A stretch of DNA of 64,000 nucleotides from Zygnema circumcarinatum SAG 698-1b (GCA_037447605.1 CM074813.1:558001-622000), one strand, 5' to 3'; counted from the stretch's first letter, positions 1 to 19,124 are shown. Notes: a model not told the origin generated them from the letters alone. Program-made: numbers and translations.

Positions 1-19
1 ATGGGGTGGTACAAGAACA

Positions 20-103
20 TTAGGGTTAAGGTTTAGGGTTAGGGTTAGGGTTAGGGTTAGGGTTAGGTTTTAGGGTTTAGGGTTTGGGGTTTAGGATTAG
101 GGT
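20..103 (+). repeat. Interstitial telomere-like repeat (TTAGGG/TTTAGGG mix)
   Basis: Runs of ttaggg and tttaggg. The G-rich strand is on + at the left edge, the wrong polarity for a left chromosome end. Confidence 0.85.
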
Positions 104-421
104 TTGGAAAGCGTCAGGAAACAATGTGAGGATAGAGAACTGGTGCGGTAGGAATGAAGGGCTGAAGGTGGGAGAGGGAGGACGATGGTAGCGGTGGGAG
201 TTACTAGACTTCACTAGAGCGAGAGAGGGGGAAGGGGAGAGGGAGAGGGAGGGGTGGGGAAGTGGGAGGGGGGGAGGGAGGGGGAGGGGGAGAGGGAGGG
301 AAAAGGGAGGGGAAGAGGGGGAGAGTGAGGGAGATGGAACGGGAGAGGGAGAGAGTGGGGAGACAGAAAGAGAGAGGGGCAACGAAATTGAAGCAAGGTT
401 AAAATCGCAGAGGCTGAAGGG

Positions 422-1051
422 TTAGCAACCACCCTGCAATGGTCACAACCCTCAGAACCCTAGAACCTGAATAAAACCCTAAAAACTCCCAGAAAGTTTT
501 GGAACTTAAATATTCTAAAACCTCATAAAATTAATTATCCTTGAAAAAGGAGTCAATTGCCCTCACCTCATCCAAGGGTTTGAAGGTCTTTCGCTGCACA
601 TCATCGTCGGTGCTGTGGGCGGCATAAATGACCAAGCCGACCAAAAACAATGCGAGGAATGCAGCAAATATGCGAGCCAACGGGGTGATTTCTGGAAAAG
701 AAAAATACAAGAAAACGGGACTTCCAAATTTTTCAAACAGCTGAAAATACGCACAAGCCTCTCAGAAAGATCGTCCCTCTTCTTCCCCCCCCCCCCCCCC
801 CCCCCCCCCCNNNNNNNNNNCTCAGAAAGATCGTCCCTCTTCTTCCCCCCCCCCCCCCCCTGCCACGTATGCATGCCTCACACGCATGCTGTGCATGGAG
901 GACCCTCTTGCATGCATCTGCATGCATGTTTCAGGCCACACGATGTCCGCTCACATGAACACATGACCCCCTCATGCATCCATGCATGCCCGTCCGTACC
1001 TTGCCGTACAGGCCCGCCCCGGGGCGCCGCCGCCCGCATGCTCCTCCCCAT
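422..1051 (-). CDS. Candidate small single-pass membrane protein (~62 aa; up to ~79 aa if ATG at 1102 is used)
   Basis: Three exons join in frame at canonical GT-AG sites: 1051-1000, 691-567, 433-422. Product: MGRSMRAAAPRGGPVRQEITPLARIFAAFLALFLVGLVIYAAHSTDDDVQRKTFKPLDEGGC*. One clear hydrophobic helix. No family recognised; the last exon is uncertain. Confidence 0.45.
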
Positions 1052-1341
1052 CTCCGCGACCTCGCTCGCATGCGCGCCCGCCAGGTACCGCATGCGCAGC
1101 ATCCGGCCCCGCCCCCTCTAAAGGGAGGGGCTCAGGGCTCAGGGCTCAGGGCTCAGGGCTCAGGGTTCAGGGTTCAGGGTTTAAGGTTTAGGGCAGGGCA
1201 GGCAGAGTAGCGGGCGGGGGTCCTTCCGCTTTCCAACGGCTCCAACGGCTTTAACGGCTTTAACGGTCATGTCGGGTTTTACGGCTCGCGAGTTTTCAGT
1301 GAGCACTCACTGTGTTCGTACACATGCCGTACCCTGCAATA

Positions 1342-1849
1342 CAGTCAACAGTCCTCATATTTACCGCCTTGAGGAGTGCGTCCCCAAGAAATTCGCCCAG
1401 ATTTTGCCGAAACCACCTCTTTGTACGGTACCTTTGTGTTAGCCGTACTATTCGTACTGTTCGTACTAGCCGTACTAGCCGTACTAGCTGTACTAGCCGT
1501 TACGGGCTTACGCAGAAGTCACCTAATCTCCCCGCACGCGCCGCCGTAAGAGGCGCTCGCTTTTCTCCCCTCCTTCTTGGTTTCGATACGCTACGATACG
1601 TTACGGTACGATACGAAACGCCCCGATACGGTACTGTCCGTACTAGCCGTACGAGCTGTAGCTGCACGATACGATTCGATGCTAAACGATACAGTACGAC
1701 TCGGTACGGTACGATACGTACGGTCCAACATGAACTCTAACATAATACCGCCCGTCTATTGGTAACACGAACCTTATATATGCAAAATCAATATTTTCGC
1801 CTCATATTGGCCAAAACCAGGGTGGAAAATATGACCCCCTACTGTACTG
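1342..1849. mobile_element. Tc1/mariner-type MITE, copy 1
   Basis: TA at 1340-1341, left TIR CAGTCAACAGTCCTCATATTT, decayed right TIR (AAATATGAccccctACTGTACTG) then TA. The internal sequence is colinear with 30561-31030. Confidence 0.75.
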
Positions 1850-2005
1850 TATGTCATGATGCGTGCCATGCCATACATGCCGAGCCGTACATTGTCCGTA
1901 CCATCCAGGCTCCATGTGGGGCAGTCCCGTGCACAGTTCAGGCGAACACTCCGTTGTGGAACTGCGCCGACTAGCGGCGTCTCCGTGTTCACACGTGCGG
2001 CCGCC

Positions 2006-5984
<3,979 letters not shown>

Positions 5985-6082
5985 AGGGGGGCGCTAGGCG
6001 CACACTCCAATTGTGCGCACATTGCCACCATGTTTGGTTCAACATTTCCACATGTTGTATTGTACATTTCATCCGATTTTAA

Positions 6083-6539
6083 GGAAAATGATACGTCGCC
6101 CCCTTTTGGATATCCCGCCCCCCATTTTTTTTCTGAAATCCCGCCCTCTGATTTTGGCTTTTCCCTTTCCCCCCCTCCCATTTTGGATATGCCGGGAGGA
6201 GATAACCCCTCCCCTTCCCTGCCCTAAGTTATGACCGAGCACTACAAGCACGAAGGATTTCACATCAATATCGGCAAGCATAGCGACAACCGCCGACTCT
6301 ACTCTCTCTCTCTCTCACCTCTGATCTGCTCTCTCTCTCGGAATGTGACTTTGCGGACGTTGTGCTGATGTGTGAGAAGGAGAAAACAGGGGGGTGGATA
6401 TCCTAAATTGGGGGGGGGGTATCCAAAATAGGGGAACGGAATAGCCAAAATTAGAGGGCGGGGTTTCAGAAAAAAAAAAGGGGGGGGGGGGGGTATCCAA
6501 ATGGGAAATCCAAAAAGGGGGAGGCGGGGTATCATTTCC
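6083..6539. mobile_element. Mutator-like foldback MITE
   Basis: Imperfect inverted arms (~6083-6200 and ~6390-6539) with termini GGAAAATGATAC / GTATCATTTCC. Flanks CGATTTTAA and CGATCATAA match at 7/9, consistent with a decayed 9-bp TSD. Confidence 0.6.
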
Positions 6540-7324
6540 CGATCATAATAGCAAACATAGGCCACATGCGGTCATGAGCCATAATCTATCAAATTCACTC
6601 ATCATTCCTTGGAATGAGACAAAGAGAGGGTTTTGGAGGTATATGTAAGAAAGAGAACGGAAGTTTTGCAACGTGAAGGTATATTCTTGGTTTTCGCATT
6701 TTTCCAAGCAATGGTCTTTGTTGCGAGGGACCATGCCAGTATGCCCACAAATAGTCAAACAGTACGGCCCACATGGACATGCAATGGGGTCTGGACATTA
6801 GAGCTGTGTCTGAATCATTGACAGCGCTGCAACGCAGCATGATGCGTGAAGAGTGAAGCAACAGTAAGACTTTTAGGGTTCTTAAGGTTGATGGTTTTCA
6901 TGGCTTTAGGGGCACTAAGTTAGATTTGGAGTCAACGTGTTAGCACAGGTAGACCCTTCCAATATGTGATGAAGCAATAACCGCGCCGCATCATTCTCGC
7001 ATGAAGATTTTTGATTTGGTCATTGCCACAGTTCACTTCACATGGAAACCACATCCAAGGTTCATCCGGAAAGGTTCCAAACCCTAAAGTCGTCCTGCCA
7101 CACTTCTTCCTACTGTATAGCAACCCTAAAGTTCTCCAAAGCCTAAAACCTCTGAAACCCCCTCAAATCGCATTACTGCTGCGTTGCGAGCACCGACTCT
7201 TCTCCGTCCCCCTTCGCACCCCCTCCCCCTCCCCCTCCCCCACCCTCCNNNNNNNNNNCCCTCTCCCTCTCCCTCTCCCTCTCCCTCTCCCTCTCCCTCC
7301 CACTGCCTGGACCCTTCTCCAACC

Positions 7325-8866
<1,542 letters not shown>

Positions 8867-9937
8867 TGCGAAAGAAAGCCTCAAAAGTCTTAATCCTACC
8901 TACTTAAACCTCTGCCAAACTCGTTAAAAAATGTGTTTTGTAACCCGAAGTCTCGGAAGCCTTAACGAGTTTCAGCGCACTCAAGAACGGGAGCTCAAGA
9001 AAGGCGGAGGCAGGCTGATATATGGCGACGCCGAGAAGCGATCGCTTATTGCCGCCGGCGTTAGCATCGGCATGCAGGGACTTGCGCCGCCGTGCATGCA
9101 TTCGGGTTTGTCAGTTCTAAATTCCTCACGAAATTCTACGATACAACCTTGGGTCTGCCGACGGATCGGCTTAATATCGTATCGAGATAATCGGCCATGT
9201 TCACTAGATTCATCGAGTTCGATTCGACGTTCAATTTCTGTGGGCTAAAAGGGCTGGCTGCTTTGGCTAGTTTAGCTCATTGTGTAAGGGTAAGGGATAG
9301 TCCTGTCAATGGCTGCCATCCCCTACAGGCTACGGCACTAAGTCTCTTAGTGATAACAAGAAAGGCCTCCAAAAGGCTTTCAATTCAGCCACATGACTCG
9401 ACACAACAAAAGAATAACCAAAAAGTAAGAAAAAAAACATTGCTAAAATTCTCATACGAAAGCTTAAGTGCACCGTCCCTTTGGAGAGCGCTTTCCAGAG
9501 GTCTACTGCCGCCCAGATCCGAGCCTTTCCACCTCCCACGGATGATAAAAGCGCTATCCCTGAACCCTAAACCCTGAACGCTGGGGTTTCAGAAGCAGAG
9601 TATCCCACGAGCACGCCAAGTCAGATTCCAATTTCACACCTACAATCAGGTGCGGCCACGTGGCCCTCTTCTACTGAAATTACCACAAGAGTGTTTCAAC
9701 AACGAAAAAAAAATCAATCCCCGCACTTTTTCCTGCCCGCGAAAAAATCTTTGAAACGTTTGGACCCTAACGATACTTGGAGCACAAGAGTTCCAAATCT
9801 GAGCAGCTCTTCCAAATCTGGGCGCTTGCTTCAGCCGTCTACTCTTGTGCACCACTCTGCTGCTCCTCGACCTCCCCCAAGTAACTATTCCGTCTCCCTC
9901 TCCCTCTCCCTCCAATAAACCAATATAACCTCCAATT

Positions 9938-11927
9938 TTACTTTGGTCCAATATCCTTCAGGGCGCAGATCTGCTCCTCTCCCATGGAGCTCATCACAGT
10001 CACCACAAGGTCCTTTCCGTCGCCAAATCCCTCCTTGAGCTGTATCACAAAGAGAAAAAATAGAGAGAGAGGAGAGGGGGAAGAGACGGAGAGAGAGAGA
10101 TAAGGATGGAGAGTGGAGAGGGGGAGAAAAATAGTCCTTTCTGTGAGCGATCTGCTCTGAATAATCGAAGATACTTCTCACAGAACAAAGCATACACCTA
10201 CACTCTGCCAGACAAAGGGCATACAACCCTACTCTGCATCATGTCATCGGTAAGCAGCCGGGGACAACACAAATGTGACGAAAAAACGAATTTAAAAACA
10301 CGAGAAATTGCTGCATCGTAAGGTTGATTGCTTACCTGAGACAGGATAGGCTCTTCAGTAGGCAGACGCAGGTCATCCTTGGTCTCACCCGACTCAGTCA
10401 GGAGAGAAACCTGCTCAGAATATAACATGAAACTTCAGATTTTGAGCTATTTTGGCAAACCAGAGAGCCCAAAAAGCTCAAACAAGGCCCCACACCTTCA
10501 ATGATATGAAATAAAGCCAAAAACCGAGGAAAGGGCTGACAGCAGACAGCAACTTTTAGGTCAGACTTGAAAAATCGGACTCCATTTCTCTGCTCTCTTC
10601 ACCTCCTCCCAAGTGCAAGCAGCTCTTGCTGTAAGTCAAATCCAACTCTAATAAACACGGGACCTAGAACATACAGAAAACTTAACTAAACATTGCAGGA
10701 ACAAATACATCCAGAATACATCCAAAACCCTGCTTGAAATTTGAGCGAAACCCTAATTGCCAATCACCCATCCCTAGCCTGCAAGTGAATCGAGAAGTGA
10801 GCATACAAAGCCATCCTCAGAGATGTCGATGAGCTGATAATCAGTACGAGTCACATGTGGAACCTGCATTCACGATTTCAAGAAGTCAGAAATGAATTAA
10901 AACAGAATGGTAAGAGAAAACGAACAATCCCCGCCTTTCTATGAAACATCACACCTTCAACTTCATCTTCTATCTTCACCTTCTCCTTCGTTCAGGGAGA
11001 TTCAAAAGCATGAGAAGACTGCAATCCTTTACTCACATCGCAATTGTGAGACGAGGGCACAATATCTTCCAGCTTCTTCCCAGTGAAGATGTCGATGGCA
11101 ACAAAGTGACACTTGGCATGCCCGTGCTTTCCCGTCTTCGAGGTGGAAACTTCCACGACCTGCACAGCCGAAATGTCGCATTCAGAAACGGAATTCAAAA
11201 CTGGATGTATTTTAGCGACAAATATTTCTCAAACTGGGGCAAGAAATGGGATGGATGGGTCTTCAAGAACATCTGGTCGAAGAAAATCCTGGCAGACATT
11301 CGAGCATACAGTCACCCTATTTCAGGAAAGAACTGAGAGAGCAAAGCAGCCACTACGAGCCCCTGCAAAATATTCACATCTCCTCTCTCTGCTTCTCTCC
11401 AGCATGCAACCTTCCTTAGCATACATAGTCATCAGCTAATACATCCTGCAGCATCCAGCCAATTGGCTTCAAAGAGCGGCAGCTCCAACAGCCTCAGAAG
11501 GGCGCTGTCGCCCCTCCTTCAGCATGTCAAAACCCTAAAACCATACCACACACATGCCATACTCCCTATGCTGCTAAATCCTGAATATGCACATGCAGGC
11601 TCCGCATGTATGCTGCTTCATCCTGAACATGCATAGGTTCACCTCCCCGTCTTGATGAATCCTGAACATTCACAAGTGAAGGTTCGTATACTGCTTCATC
11701 CTGAACATGCACATCTCGACCTCCCTGTACTGCTAAATCCTGAACATGCACATGTCAAACCTCCATAACTTACTCAGAATCTGAAGCACACACAAATGAC
11801 ATACCTTGGTGGGCCTCCCCTTGATGACCAAGTACCCGCCCTTGCGAACAGCGCCGGCTGCAGCCGGGTACGTCTTGGAGGCCCCGGCATCGGCCTTCTC
11901 ATCGAACCCATGCTCCTCGTCAGACAT
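9938..11927 (-). CDS. eIF5A: Eukaryotic translation initiation factor 5A (159 aa)
   Basis: Five exons: 11927-11805, 11159-11037, 10863-10807, 10410-10336, 10039-9938. MSDEEHGF...[11 protein letters not shown] (hypusine Lys motif)...[15 protein letters not shown]...[14 protein letters not shown]. Confidence 0.98.
11565..11755. repeat. Short tandem repeat in eIF5A intron 1 (core ATCCTGAACATGCACAT)
   Basis: About five imperfect copies at roughly 30-50 bp spacing. Confidence 0.7.
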
Positions 11928-12988
11928 GGTGCCGGCGCGCGCTGAGAGAGGGCAGGAAGAGAGAGAGGAGAGAGGGAGAGCGGGAGGGAGAGAGGGGGAG
12001 AGCGAGAGAAAGGGAGAGGGGGGGGGAGAGGGAGGAAGAGAGGGAGGGAGAGGGAGAGGCGGCTCTGCGGCCCCTGCAGACGGAGAGGGCCCCAAATGTT
12101 CTCCTCCAGAGCCTTAACAGAGGGGGGAGGGCAGGGAGAATCCAGAAAAAAAAGAAATAGTATTTTGCAAAGGAGCGTTAAAAACTCATAGGTGTACTGT
12201 TTACAAATCCCTGAGGCTCCGTTCTCGCTGGTGTACCACGTACCGTCCGATCGGCATCCGTGGCGGATCGGACGGGGGAGAGCGCCTCTGAATACTTCGG
12301 GGAGCGGCGCCGAAAAGCCGACTTTTTTGCGACTTACCAACCGGAACATAGAGCATGAAATCGCATGTTTTTGGCACTTGCCACAACCATTCTCTAGCGG
12401 ATGCACGTGCCACTCTTGGGATGACAAGGTTTTGGAACCATTTAGGGCTTAGTATTGGGGCACTGTTATGTTTGGGCTTCAGGTTTAGGGTTTAGGGTTT
12501 AGGGGTTAGGGTTTAAGATATTAACAATGCAGACTTTGTTTTTTTATCTTGCTCGATTTCTTTTAGTTAAAACGTGTAAAGTTGCAGTCTGTTCAACGGA
12601 ACATGGAACGGCCAAGCCAAGACACAAGTTCCAACACATTACGCCAAACTGAAACATGTGCTGTTTACATGGATACTCCATATACGAAGATTTAGGGTTC
12701 AAGGATTCAGACCCTTAGGGCTCAGGGAAGATTTCGGGTTCAGAGTTTTTAGAGCGCCTGCAGAGAAACCTTATGTACTGTTTTTTCTATTTTTCTTCTA
12801 AAAATGTACAGAAAAATATTTTTACAATTCTCACGAAACCAATGTCTCCGGACATGACGGAATTTTGTACCATAGAACGCCCTGAAACCCTAACGGAGCA
12901 CATGGAACCCCCAAAGGACAGTAAAAGAATATTAAGGAAGCCAAGAATATGCACTGTCTAAAATTGAGGGTTTTAGAGTCTTTAGGGT

Positions 12989-14539
12989 TTAAGCCGCGCT
13001 TTCGGAGGACTGAATTTCTGACTTCTTCGCCTCTTTAGTCATTTCCACGATCAAATTTTTCACATCCCTGCAACGCCCCCCCTCCCACTGCGCTTAGTCT
13101 CTCTGTCAAACCGCTCAAAACCCTAAAACCCTAAACCCTAACCCTAACATCTAACCCTAAAACCTAACTCTAAACCCCAAACCCTCAACCCTATACCTTC
13201 AACACTACACCCTGAACCCTAGACCCTAAACCCTAACCCTATCCCTAAAACCTAACTCTAAACCCTAAACCCTGAACGCTAGACCCTGAACCCTAGACCC
13301 TACACCCTCGACCCTAAATTTTAAATCCTAGACCCTTTATCTTCATGTCAAAATGAAAACCCTGATCCCTGAAAAAACAAAAACCTCAAACGTGATCCAA
13401 ACCAGTGCAGGAACACAAGGTTCCAAGTCACGCTAACAACAAAACCCTTAAAAGCCATAATAACTCCGCCGGCTTGCTGAACCCTACATTGGAAATGAAA
13501 ACACCAAGGAACAAAGCGCTTCGGCAACTTTAGGATTTAAAGTTCCAAGATTTTATAATTTACAGGTTTTAGGTTTTTAGGTTTCAAGATTTTATGGTTT
13601 CCAGATTTTAGGTTTTTAGGGTTTCAAGATTTTATGGTTTCCAGATTTTAGGTTTTTAGGGTTTCAAGATTTTATGGTTTACAGATTTTAGGTTTTTAGG
13701 GTTTCAAGATTTTATGGTTTACAGATTTTAGGTTTTTAGGGTTCCAAGATTTTACGGTTTACGGATTTTAGGGTTTAGGGTTTAGGGTTTAGGGTTTAGG
13801 GTTTTGAGCCTGACTTGCGGTCCTCTGCCGGACGGGGAAAGGGCAGACGGATCCGCGAGAGCTGCCCCTTCAGAGGGACCTGTTCCATGCACACCAGTTA
13901 CAAAAAATCCGTTGAATCTCCTCTTTTGGGGTTCCGCATGTAAAACTCAAAACATCTCCGAAAACTTCAAAGCCTCTGCTCGTTTGAGTTTGTACCGATC
14001 GGATGACTTCTAACCATGGCAAGGGTTTAGGGTTTAAATGCTTTATGAGAATTTAAAAAAAAAAAAATCGAGGGTCCTTGCAAGGCACAAATGCGCACCT
14101 CCACTTTGAAGCCAAATCGATCCACTGTTAAAATTTTTGCGGACGAAACCTGAAAGCCATAACACCAAAAAAAATAAGCAAGAGCAAGAGGAGGAAAAAA
14201 AAAGACAGACTGGGAGCCTTGGGAACCCACCAAGAAACCAAGGACCTGGATAGCGAAAGGGAAAGAGGGAGGGAGAGAGGGAAGGAGAGAAGGAACGAGA
14301 GGAGGGAGAGGAGGGAGAGTGAAGGGAGAGGGAGGGAGAGAGGGAGGGAGAGGAGGGGAGAGAGAAGGGAGAGAGAGCGGGTGGGCCAGGGAGAGAGGGT
14401 GAGACAGAGGGCCAAAGGGAGAAAGAATGGGTATGTAACAAGAGTCAGGAGAAAGGAGGGCCAAGGGGAAGAGGGCAGAGGGACACAAGACAGATAGGAG
14501 TGGGAGAAGCGAGATAAGGAAGAGGGAGGGAGAGTGAGG

Positions 14540-14586
<47 letters not shown>

Positions 14587-15519
14587 TGATCCCCAGCGCA
14601 TGCTCCACCATGGCCCGGGTGGCCTCCTCATGATCTTTGTTCATATGGTCCTGCCCCCCCAGCGCCGCTCCGTTGGCATCCTGCGCAAAATGTTCTAAAA
14701 CCCTAAACCCTACACCCTAAACTCTAGACTCTAAACCCTAGGCCCTAAACTCTACGCCCTAAACCCGAAACCCTACACCCTAAACCTACACTCTACTCTA
14801 AACCCTAAACTTAACCTCTTAACCCTTAACCCTAGATTCTTAACCCTAGACTCTAAACCCTAAACCCTGAACTTTAAACCCTAAACACAACACTCTAAAC
14901 CCTAAGCAAAGCTTGAAAATCCCCAAAAGTCTAGGAATCCAGAAACCCTAAAAACCCTAACGATGACATTGGCCTGCAAACCCTAAAACTCAGAAATTCT
15001 AACCCCCTTTTAAAACAGCTATTTCTTGACGATCCTAAAATCCATACGAAGCTTTCCATTCGATTTAAATCTATCACTTACTCAAATAGCATAAAGTCAT
15101 CCTAAAGGGCAATCCCGGAAGGGGTACAAATGGGGTTTACCGCAACTGGGGCTTCAAAGGGAGAAATTGGGTCCGCCGCCGCCGCTTTAAATTCTTCTCC
15201 GCTGAATTCTGCGGAAAAAGAAAAGGGAGATTTAGTACGAACCTTAAACCCTAAAATTCTCAAAAAAAGATTCTTCCGTACTTTATAGGGTTCAGATCCG
15301 TTCCTTAACCCACCGGACACGGAGGCTCCGATTGCAAAAGTTGCGATGTTTGCAGTGAAGCGAACCGACTTCGGTTCAATTCTCACGAATCGAAAATCGC
15401 CAAGATCAACCTGCAACGGAACAACGGCCCGAATTCACACCTTGTTGCAAGCATGGAAACAAGCTCGATGATCCAAAAATGACCAACTTAACTTGCAGGT
15501 CCAATTAATATTTACGTTT

Positions 15520-15560
<41 letters not shown>

Positions 15561-16489
15561 ATATATATATATATATTAGAGTTCCCACAAGTGTCTAGGA
15601 TTTCCACAACATTCAGGGTTTTGAAAAAGCTTGTGGATCCACATATACACAACCACAGAATTTTTCTTCAAGTAAAAAAGTTTAGCCCATGCATACCCAA
15701 AAAGCATCGGGAAGTTTCTTCAAGTACGCCTCCCTCACAGCCGCTGTTTCCGCTTCTGAAACCTGCGAATTTTTTTTTTTTTTTTTCAAAAGAAAGCAAG
15801 GCAAAGAGAGCTTTAGGGGTTTGCAATATTTTTGGCTCTTTAGGGTTTCGGCGTAAGGTTTACAGTTTCTTTTTAGGGTTTTAGGGTTGCAGGGCTCTAG
15901 GGTTGCAGGAAGGGTTTTAGGGTTGCAGGATTTAAGGATTGTAGGTTTAAGGGTTGCAGGGCTCTAGGGTTGCAGGAAGGGTTTTAGGGTTGCAGGATTT
16001 TAGGATTGTAGGTTTAAGGGTTGCAGGGCTCTAGGGTTGCAGGACGGGTTTTAGGGTTGCAGGATTTTAGGGTTTTAGAGTTTAGGGTTTTGGGGTTGCA
16101 GGATTTTAGGATTGTAGGTTTAAGGGTTGCAGGGCTCTAGGGTTGCAGGAAGGGTTTTAGGGTTGCAGGAAGGGTTTTAGGGTTGCAGGATTTTAGGGTT
16201 TTAGGGTTTTGGGGTTTCAGGGTTTTAGGGTTCGACCTGCACGGCCTCCCCGACGAGGGAGAGCACCGCCTCGCTCTGTTCGTTGGGGTCCCGCGAGACG
16301 AGGAGAGAGCACCGCGGGTTGGTCTCCAGGTTCTGTGCTGCTCGCACGTGTCACCGTTCAGGGTAACGGATAACGGAATGGGAGCATGCATCGAAGCGTA
16401 CAGCTTCACAACCTCTACTGAAAGCCCAAAACTTTAGAACACACAGGAACTCCCAGGAAACAATTCAAAGCCCAGAACCCCCTGAGAAC

Positions 16490-16572
<83 letters not shown>

Positions 16573-18093
16573 ATCCTGTGCTGAACCCTAGGAATTCACA
16601 ACCCCACATCTCCCATGCCATCACTAATAGCCCTAACTGGAACCATGCAAACTCTAAAAATTCTAAACTGTGACTCCCTGTAACCCCAAGCAGCAAAACC
16701 TAAATTCTTGTACCCCAACAACCCTAAACCTTAAAAACCTAATTCTGGGATTCAGGGCCAACTAACATACCGTTGTATGTAGTGAAAGGGAGCTGATTGC
16801 GAGAATCGGACGGCCTTCAGAATCTGCTGCGAATCCGACCATCGATCCGAACGGATATCCCTCGTGCTTCTGCACATGGAACGGTTTTGGGAACACGTGC
16901 TAGCCAACGATTGGCTGGCAGTTGACAATTGAGAATTTCGGCCTTTAGGATTGATTTTAGGGGCTGAAAGTCTAGCCATGGGTTAAGGATTAAGAGGTAG
17001 GATTTTAGGTTTGAGTTTTTAGGGTTTAGGTTTAGTTATAAGTCTTTAGGGCTTCGGTTATTGGTTTCTACAAAGTGTACAGTTAAGGATTCCAGGAATT
17101 TGAAAGCGTAGGTCTCTAGGTTTATCTTAAAACGTAATTTCCGCTAGAAAATAGAGAGAGGGAGAGTGATAGAGAGAGAGAGCGAGAGAGAGGGAGAGAA
17201 AACAACACAGGGAGAGTCTGATGCAATGCAGCACTCACTACTGACAATGTGGACAGCATCCCACGCTGACACCTGTCCATCACCGTCCGCGCTTCCTCCA
17301 AAGGGCCCAACTTCGCTGCTTGCTTCTGCACACTCCGGCCCAAACGTGTAAATTAATTTGCTCTTTGAAAAAATCACATTCAAATTGCCCTTTCCTCCTT
17401 TTACTTTTCCTTTCTTCCCTTTTTCTCGTCGCATTCTACTCCTGATACCTCCGTCGCTCTCCCTCTCTTACCCTACCGCTCTCCCACTGGCTCAAAGGCG
17501 AGGTTGACCTGGCTCAACCCCACCTTCTAATGCTTTGAAGTTTAAATTTAAGAACTTAAATATATATACCAGAGCTGTATTGTGATAGATTAGGGTTGCC
17601 AGAGTTACGTACTTGATGCTGCTGGATGCGATTCCAGAACTGCACCTCCTCCTCCTCCTGCTGCTGCTGCTGTTGCTCAGCCACCTGCATTCAAAACTAT
17701 ATTCGTTTAAACAATATCTAAAAACTCAAACATCCACTCCCTCGTCATTCTTAGACTGAATTAAAGAACACATGTCGGAAATCATCTTTTCAAAATCGGC
17801 TAGAATGCCTATTAATTCTGCCTTACCTCTGCCGTTGGAGGCTGAGCAGCAGCCATGGCTGCTCCTCGCGATCGCCGAGGGCTTTCAAAGGAGGAGGAAG
17901 AAGGAGAGATGGAAGAGCGAGAGAGAGAGGAAGCGGAGGACCGAGAGGGAGAGGCAGGAGTGGGAGAGGAAAAGGGAGAGGAGAGAGGGCGGAGGATAGC
18001 GGTAGGGCGCCAGCTGGCGCCAGCTTGGAAGCTTCTGCTCCTGCAGGAGCTTACTCCTGCGATGGAGGGCCAGACCCTATGAGAGAGCAGCAT
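12989..18093 (-). CDS. HOZ: Plastid HugZ-like / pyridoxamine-phosphate-oxidase-fold heme-binding protein (HOZ-like, with DUF2470 C-terminus)
   Basis: Ser/Arg-rich transit peptide exon (18093-17827), then in-frame exons: VQFWNRIQQHQ, KLGPLEEARTVMDRCQRGMLSTLSV, KHEGYPFGSMVGFAADSEGRPILAISSLSLHT, NPRCSLLVSRDP, AVREAYLKKLPDAFW, VDLGDFRFVRIEPK, EFKAAAADPI, HMNKDHEEAT, DRFGF, RLPFPRPAEDRK, DVKNLIVEM...SAA*. Matches my recollection of Arabidopsis At3g03890. Confidence 0.88.
13560..13770. repeat. 40-bp tandem repeat built on telomere-like motifs (HOZ intron)
   Basis: TTTATGGTTTCCAGATTTTAGGTTTTTAGGGTTTCAAGAT, about five near-identical copies. Confidence 0.85.
15870..16230. repeat. Higher-order (~60-bp) repeat of TAGGGTTGCAGG telomere-variant units (HOZ intron)
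   Basis: Repeated block agggttgcagggctctagggttgcaggaagggttttagggttgcaggattt. Confidence 0.8.
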
Positions 18094-19124
18094 TGGGAGA
18101 GAGAGAGGGAGAGAGAGAGAGAGAGTGTGGGCGAGAGAGAGAAGGGGGGAGCGAGCGAGAGCAGGGGGGAGTGATTCAGAGTGGGGCGGAGTATGGGAGG
18201 CGAGGGGGGATGTATGTGCTTTGTGAAAGTCGAACTCACATTTCTCATACCGTTTTGTAGTTCCATCGTTGATTCAGTTTACCAAGAAAAACTAGTTTTT
18301 CTTGGTCAGAAAAGCTTGGTGTAACCAGCTCTTTATTTGATTGACTGCTTTTTACCACTTTTGTTTTCTTCAGCATTGTTCTTCCAAGAGTTGCAAGGTG
18401 TGCGCGTTCTTCAATTAGTTTCGCAAATGGATTGCAATCTAAATGAGACCTAAAACCGGAAACCAGAAACTGGAAACACATTTTTCAGTTTGTGAAGACC
18501 ACATATGAAAGAGCAATATCTAACATTCTAAGCGCCATTAACAGATTTCTGCAGATAGAACGCGGTTCAAGCCAAGCCAATGAATTCACCAAAACTGCCC
18601 TCAGTCTCAGTTCCGTTACACACTTCGAGCAATTCCAAAGGCCCATGGGCGTTTATTTCCATGTAGAACGCTTAACTGCATAGAACGGACCCTAAAATCC
18701 GTCACAGCTCTTGGAACTGAAACTGAAACTGGAACTGTATACCTAGTAGCCAAAAACCACCCCATACATAGCACAACCTGCCACACCCTAATCAACAAGT
18801 TCCGGATCAAGTGTGAACGCCAGCCCTGCCATACCGAATTAAATGTGAACACCTTTTTTTGTGGCTTGAATTTACCCACGCTTCCCTCCCCCTCGCTCCC
18901 TAAACTTGCTAAATCCAAAACAACGAATAAGAAAGCAACACATTTTTATACGTAACGGTTTCTATGTTCTCCGTTAAACTAATAGCGCACGAGAAATCCA
19001 AACCACGCATGTGACACCTGGAAACAGGCTCCAAAACCTCAATTTGGAATCCCGGGAATTGTAGGCTTCAGGGTTTTAGGGTTTAGGGTTTTAGGGTTTC
19101 GGGATTTAGGTCGAATTGCAGCCT

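Noticed and set aside
1-110. Possible true telomere or chromosome end
   Set aside because: The G-rich strand is on + at the left edge, unique sequence precedes it, and similar tracts occur throughout introns.
8904-9101. 65-aa ORF as an upstream exon of the GT2 gene
   Set aside because: Joining it would need an intron of about 30 nt, far shorter than any other intron here.
12204-12236. 10-bp hairpin CCGTCCGATC/GATCGGACGG as a Helitron 3' end
   Set aside because: No CTRR terminus follows and no 5' TC boundary or second copy was seen.
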